From the IMG/VR virus record IMGVR_UViG_3300032007_000009: DNA of 64,000 bases; one strand, given 5' to 3'. The DNA comes from a virus. Its lineage: Duplodnaviria; Caudoviricetes. Shown here piece after piece: positions 59,481 to 64,000 of this stretch; position 1 is the first letter of the stretch; every line of letters begins with the position of its first letter. Both the position numbers and the translations under genes were made by a program. Below the pieces are notes generated by a model. The model made no database searches. It saw only the letters and a program-made list of their open reading frames with translations, and had not been told where the DNA came from.

Positions 59481-59768
59481 TTATAATTTCCATCCCATAT
59501 ACCCACAGATGACTCCCATGACTAATTTAGATGATAATAAACTACCGAATGAACCTTTAGGATCACAACCTAAAGCTTTACATATAGCAGCACCTAATTT
59601 AGGACCCAAAGTAGAACCAAATGCTAATCCACCTAAAGCTCCTAATATTCCTTCATCTATAGGTAAATTGTTTTCTTTTGCTTCTTGTAATTTTTGAATT
59701 ATACTATCATATGATAATACTTCATTAATTTGAGATTTATCTTTAACAATTTCTTCTATTGATTTCAT
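59481..59768 (-). CDS. Glycine-zipper membrane-active protein with capsid-targeting-like N-terminus
   Basis: MKSIEEIVKDKSQINE...IDE-GILGALGGLAFGSTLG... Confidence 0.6.
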   Translation of the reverse strand: MKSIEEIVKDKSQINEVLSYDSIIQKLQEAKENNLPIDEGILGALGGLAFGSTLGPKLGAAICKALGCDPKGSFGSLLSSKLVMGVICGYMGWKL

Positions 59769-59831
59769 AAACAAATGTTTAAATTTATATTTAAAAATAA
59801 AACAAATAATTAATTTAGAAAAATAAATAAA

Positions 59832-61820
59832 TTAAGGTATTGGTTGAATTCTACTTGAAACATTTGACCATTGTGACTTATATGTATTAACAGCAGATGA
59901 AGGTACATATATAATATATGAAGCTTGATTAAATTGAGAAGTTCCTGAACGTGTTGGTGGTATTAATGAATTGAATGTTATTGATGTTAATGATGTACAG
60001 CCAGCAAAACACCCATCACCAAGAGATGTAACTGATTCAGGAATATCTAAGTTTCCTGTTAAACTACTACAATTATAAAAACACCATGATCCTATAGATG
60101 TTAATTCTGAGTTTAAAGTTCCAATAGATGTTAATGATGTACATCCATAAAATGCAACATTACCTATTGATTCACATGAAGATACATCAATAGAAGTTAT
60201 ACTAGAACATCCATAAAATGCGCCTGAACCTATTGATGTACATGAAGATAAATTTATTGTACCTTGATATGTTAATAAATTACATCCAAAAAATGCTCTT
60301 TGATTTATTTGAACTATATTTTCCCATGTAATATTTATTGTTGTTAATTTACTACATCCTTCGAAAATGTTGTCAGGTATAGTTGTTATTGGAGGTAATG
60401 AAATAGATTGTAAATTTTTACAATTAAAAAATACATTTCTACCTATTGATGTCAAATTAGAACTAAGTGTACCTATTGATGTTAATGATGTACATCCATA
60501 AAATGCAGAATTTCCAATTGATGTACATGAAGATATATTGATAGAAGTTATACTAGAACATCCACTAAATGCACCTTCTCCTATTGATGTACATGTAGAT
60601 AAATTTATTGTATCTTGATATGTTAATAAACTACATCCAAAAAATGATCTTTTATTTATTTGAACTATATTTTCCCATGTAATATTTGCTGTTGTTAATT
60701 TACTACATCCTTCGAAAATGCTTTCAGGTATAGTTGTTATTGCAGGCAATGAAGCCGATTGTAAATTTGTACAATTAAAAAATACATTTTTACCGGGATA
60801 TGCACTTGTAAATGAAGATAAATTAGGTAAGTTAATTGATTGCAAACTAGTACATTTGTTAAATGCATAATTTCCAATATTAACTACATTAGGAATAATT
60901 GCACTACTTAAATTAGTACATCCATAAAATGCACCACCACCTATTGAGGTTAATTTTGGAAAATTAATTGATGTTAATGATGTACAACCACTACATGCGT
61001 TACTATTACTTATAGTTTCTAAATTTGGAAAATCTAATTCTTCTAATGATGAGCATTTAAATAAATATTCATGAGATATTGTTTTAATATTAATTCCATT
61101 TGTTATATGTTTTAAATTTGTACAATTATAAAAAGAACATAATGTTTCTTGTATTTCAGGTAATTTAACAGATGTAAGATTTGTATTATTATTAAAACCT
61201 AATGCTTCTTTTCTATCATTATTAATTACTGTTATATTTGAAAAATCAAAATCTCCAATTAAATTACAACCAGTAAACACACCACCACCACAACGTGTAA
61301 TGTTTTGATAATTTTTTAATATTGTTAAATTTGTACATCCTGAGAAATTTCCCCTATCATCAAGATCAGTAATATTTATTAAATCAATATCAGTTAAATT
61401 AGTACATTGTTTAAAACATTCAGATGGTAATGTATGTATATTAATAAAATATTTAAATTCATCAAAGCTACCAATAGATTTTCCATAAAATCTTTTATGT
61501 ACTGTTACTGTAGCTGATCTAGCATTAGTAATTGTAAGTCCATTATCTCCATTACCAAACATTTCAACACAAACGGCTTCTGTATTAGGATCTGCAAATC
61601 TTATATATGGATCATTAGTTGAAATAATGTATAAATCTTCAAACTTTTGTGTTAAAAAGTTTATTGCATCAATATAACCATGTGTTATTTCTACACGACC
61701 ACATAAATATTGTTCAACATTATCATCTAAACCTTTACATAACTGATATAAGAATTCAATTATGTTTTCATTAATTGGTTTTGTAATTTCATTATTTTGT
61801 GATATACTTAATTTAATCAT
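59832..61820 (-). CDS. BspA-type (LRR_5) leucine-rich repeat protein
   Basis: [16 protein letters not shown] repeats; IRFADP...FDEFKYF N-domain; IYVPSSAVNTYK cap; 117-aa tandem duplication. Confidence 0.9.
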   Translation of the reverse strand: MIKLSISQNNEITKPINENIIEFLYQLCKGLDDNVEQYLCGRVEITHGYIDAINFLTQKFEDLYIISTNDPYIRFADPNTEAVCVEMFGNGDNGLTITNARSATVTVHKRFYGKSIGSFDEFKYFINIHTLPSECFKQCTNLTDIDLINITDLDDRGNFSGCTNLTILKNYQNITRCGGGVFTGCNLIGDFDFSNITVINNDRKEALGFNNNTNLTSVKLPEIQETLCSFYNCTNLKHITNGINIKTISHEYLFKCSSLEELDFPNLETISNSNACSGCTSLTSINFPKLTSIGGGAFYGCTNLSSAIIPNVVNIGNYAFNKCTSLQSINLPNLSSFTSAYPGKNVFFNCTNLQSASLPAITTIPESIFEGCSKLTTANITWENIVQINKRSFFGCSLLTYQDTINLSTCTSIGEGAFSGCSSITSINISSCTSIGNSAFYGCTSLTSIGTLSSNLTSIGRNVFFNCKNLQSISLPPITTIPDNIFEGCSKLTTINITWENIVQINQRAFFGCNLLTYQGTINLSSCTSIGSGAFYGCSSITSIDVSSCESIGNVAFYGCTSLTSIGTLNSELTSIGSWCFYNCSSLTGNLDIPESVTSLGDGCFAGCTSLTSITFNSLIPPTRSGTSQFNQASYIIYVPSSAVNTYKSQWSNVSSRIQPIP

Positions 61821-61837
61821 TATGATATAAAAAATAT

Positions 61838-63523
61838 TTATATAAAATATATGTCAATATCTTTAGCTATTATAGAATTTTTCTTACCATTAATAATATC
61901 TGATTTATCAGGATAAATTTTAAATCCTCCATGTAATATTGGTACTTCCATTTTTGAATCTACTTGAATATTTCCAACTGAATCTAATCCAGGTAATATT
62001 GAATTTTCATAAATATGTTTTACAGGAATATAATGATATGTACCATTATGTGATTGTATTTCATATTTAATATAATAATTATCATAAAAAGCTTTTTCTG
62101 CAGTTTCTGATATTATATCCATGTCTAATGATAATATGTTTTCACAGTTATCAATACATAAACTTATAAGTTCAGATTTTGCAATAAATTGTGTTGAATC
62201 TTTAAGATTAATAAAATATTCACATAATGTTTTTCTTATGGAAGATTTAATTGTATCTTTATTATATACATTATCTGCTTTAACATAACACATTATTGCA
62301 TATTTTCTAATTATAGGGTCTTTAAATGATATTGATATACCCGCAAAAGATTTCTTTGAATTTTCTAATGTATTACAAATCATTTCTTTTTGTTCAGATG
62401 ACAATATGAATTCTGAATCTTTTATATTAAAATAGTCTTCAATATCTTTTATTTGATTCTTTGTATTTGTTAAACAAACAACATTCATTACCATACTATT
62501 AGATTCTGTCCAACAACTAACATAACCAATAAATGAAAAGCGTTTAAAGAATAATCTAAAATTATCTTCAGATGCTAATACTAATGAACGTGAATTTGTA
62601 CCTATCATATTTCTAATAAATTCAATACTATCTGATTCTTTTCCTCCAGATATACAAGTTAATACTGATAATGTCATATAATCATTTATATTGACAGAAT
62701 TACCTAATGCATCAGACCCATATTCTCTAAATGTAAAATCATAAATATCTGTAGATGATATATTTCCATTTTCTCCAGAATGTTTTAGATATTCTATATT
62801 AACAGTATCGCCTTCTTGTAATATTGTTCCATATGTTTCATTTCCAAATATTACATCAAATGCATTATCATATCCAATACTGATAAAATATTCATGACCA
62901 TTTTCTGTCATATCATATAAATTTCCAACTTCTGTCCATTCTTCTCCATTAACTTTAACTGTTATATATTGTCTATCAAATAATTGCAAAGTTGAACAGT
63001 GTACAGCTTCTAATGCAGTTCCTTGTGCTGCATATGTAAATTGTTCAAACACACCTTGAACAATTTTGAATTCATGAGTCATTAATGGTTTTGAAACATC
63101 AAATGAATATACATTTGTAGGTAATACTATTGAATATACAAAACCAGAATTTCTATTCATAACAGTAGTATGATTATTAATATATACTTTTGTGGTTTTT
63201 GAATCTAAACCATTATTTATTTGAAGTTTACCTAATAATATTCCTGATGCTGCAGATCCATAATAAGCTTCAAATCCAGATATTTTCGCTAATGAATATA
63301 CAGATTGTTTACGAGATGCTTTAAATATATTTTGTTCAGTTAATGCATCTTCTATATAAAACATTATGTTTTCCATAATGCCTTTCATACCATTAAATAT
63401 TATTCCAAATATTTGAGTATTTGAATATTGTAAACCTAAACTATTAAAAGCTTTAGATAAATAACTATTAATAGTACTATCAAAATTTTCAAAATTAGTT
63501 TCTATTGTCTTAAATAATTTCAT
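61838..63523 (-). CDS. Baseplate wedge subunit (gp6/baseplate-J-like)
   Basis: SVYSLAKISG, VIFGNETYG, G..GN, GGKESDSIEFIR...LVLASEDNF; adjacent to gp25-like gene. Confidence 0.75.
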   Translation of the reverse strand: MKLFKTIETNFENFDSTINSYLSKAFNSLGLQYSNTQIFGIIFNGMKGIMENIMFYIEDALTEQNIFKASRKQSVYSLAKISGFEAYYGSAASGILLGKLQINNGLDSKTTKVYINNHTTVMNRNSGFVYSIVLPTNVYSFDVSKPLMTHEFKIVQGVFEQFTYAAQGTALEAVHCSTLQLFDRQYITVKVNGEEWTEVGNLYDMTENGHEYFISIGYDNAFDVIFGNETYGTILQEGDTVNIEYLKHSGENGNISSTDIYDFTFREYGSDALGNSVNINDYMTLSVLTCISGGKESDSIEFIRNMIGTNSRSLVLASEDNFRLFFKRFSFIGYVSCWTESNSMVMNVVCLTNTKNQIKDIEDYFNIKDSEFILSSEQKEMICNTLENSKKSFAGISISFKDPIIRKYAIMCYVKADNVYNKDTIKSSIRKTLCEYFINLKDSTQFIAKSELISLCIDNCENILSLDMDIISETAEKAFYDNYYIKYEIQSHNGTYHYIPVKHIYENSILPGLDSVGNIQVDSKMEVPILHGGFKIYPDKSDIINGKKNSIIAKDIDIYFI

Positions 63524-63534
63524 ATTATAAATAA

Positions 63535-63879
63535 TTAACGGAATTCATAATTTCTTTCTATAGAATTATTCTCGTTATCATCATATATTTTTATCTTAAC
63601 CTGATATATAAATCTATATTCACCTTTTACTACATCTACATCTATATCTACATTAAGTTCATTTAAATAAACTGTATCTACAATTTTACTTTGTATATAT
63701 TTCTTTAATGCGTCTGTTGATGGAGATATTTGCCATGAAAACTGTTCAAAATCACATCCAAATTGTGGATATCCAATTAGTTCAGTTAATTCTGTATTAA
63801 ATAATATATCTAATTCTTGTACTGCTTCATCTAATTTATTTCTTATGAATACTCTGCCATCTAATGCTAAATCTATCAT
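63535..63879 (-). CDS. Baseplate gp25-like protein
   Basis: ILFNTELTELIGYPQFGCD motif and size. Confidence 0.7.
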   Translation of the reverse strand: MIDLALDGRVFIRNKLDEAVQELDILFNTELTELIGYPQFGCDFEQFSWQISPSTDALKKYIQSKIVDTVYLNELNVDIDVDVVKGEYRFIYQVKIKIYDDNENNSIERNYEFR

Positions 63880-63907
63880 AATATAAATACATTATTTTAT
63901 AAAAAAA

Positions 63908-64000
63908 TTAATAAATAACCCAGTTACCAGATGATATATATTCATCATCTTGATTAGTTATATTATAATATCCCGATTCTTCATTTAATAAAGAAGCATT
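63908..64000 (-). CDS. Partial CDS (3' end; start beyond window)
   Basis: Open frame ...NQDDEYISSGNWVIY*. Confidence 0.55.
   Translation of the reverse strand, partial: NASLLNEESGYYNITNQDDEYISSGNWVIY

Noticed and set aside
1-64000. Genome-wide TAG-to-Gln recoding as in Lak phages
   Set aside because: Long early and late genes (926, 1024 and 2026 aa) are intact under the standard code; only one gene is clearly split by TAG.
1-64000. tRNA/rRNA genes, integrase, introns or inteins
   Set aside because: No cloverleaf or T-loop signatures, recombinase motifs or intein/intron interruptions seen by eye; tRNAscan-SE and Infernal would be needed to be certain.

Overview
A 64-kb, very AT-rich segment of a large lytic tailed dsDNA phage with T4-like myovirus modules. 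These include a family B DNA polymerase, gp4-like head-completion and gp2-like DNA-end-protector genes, gp6/gp25-like baseplate genes, a 2026-aa tape-measure-like protein and a collagen-like fibre. The host is probably Bacteroidota, inferred from OmpA, a DUF4468-like secreted protein, BspA-type LRR proteins, lipoprotein cassettes and mostly SD-less AT-rich starts. Metabolic and repair genes include dUTPase, IMPDH/GMP reductase, C5 DNA methyltransferase, RtcB, an ATP-dependent RNA ligase, a DinG-like helicase, RuvC, a Nudix hydrolase and NDT-like proteins. I found no tRNA, rRNA, CRISPR array, integrase or reverse transcriptase. Main observations: (1) 14 otherwise unrelated proteins share an N-terminal MKx[ILF]x[ED][FYL][IL]xE-like tag resembling the T4 capsid-targeting sequence, suggesting a large head-packaged, injected cargo set. 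(2) A second ~40-aa leader (MKY[IL]Kx[FY]...) is fused to three different putative ligand-binding domains; one has a DGR-like variable C-terminus and a single in-frame TAG. (3) Two upstream motifs, CTATATT and TTATTTTTA, largely partition non-virion and virion operons. (4) A switchable structured leader precedes an unannotated microprotein operon. (5) A candidate inverted-topology single-component spanin lies next to a TM-anchored GH73 endolysin. All assignments come from motif reading by eye; no searches were run.
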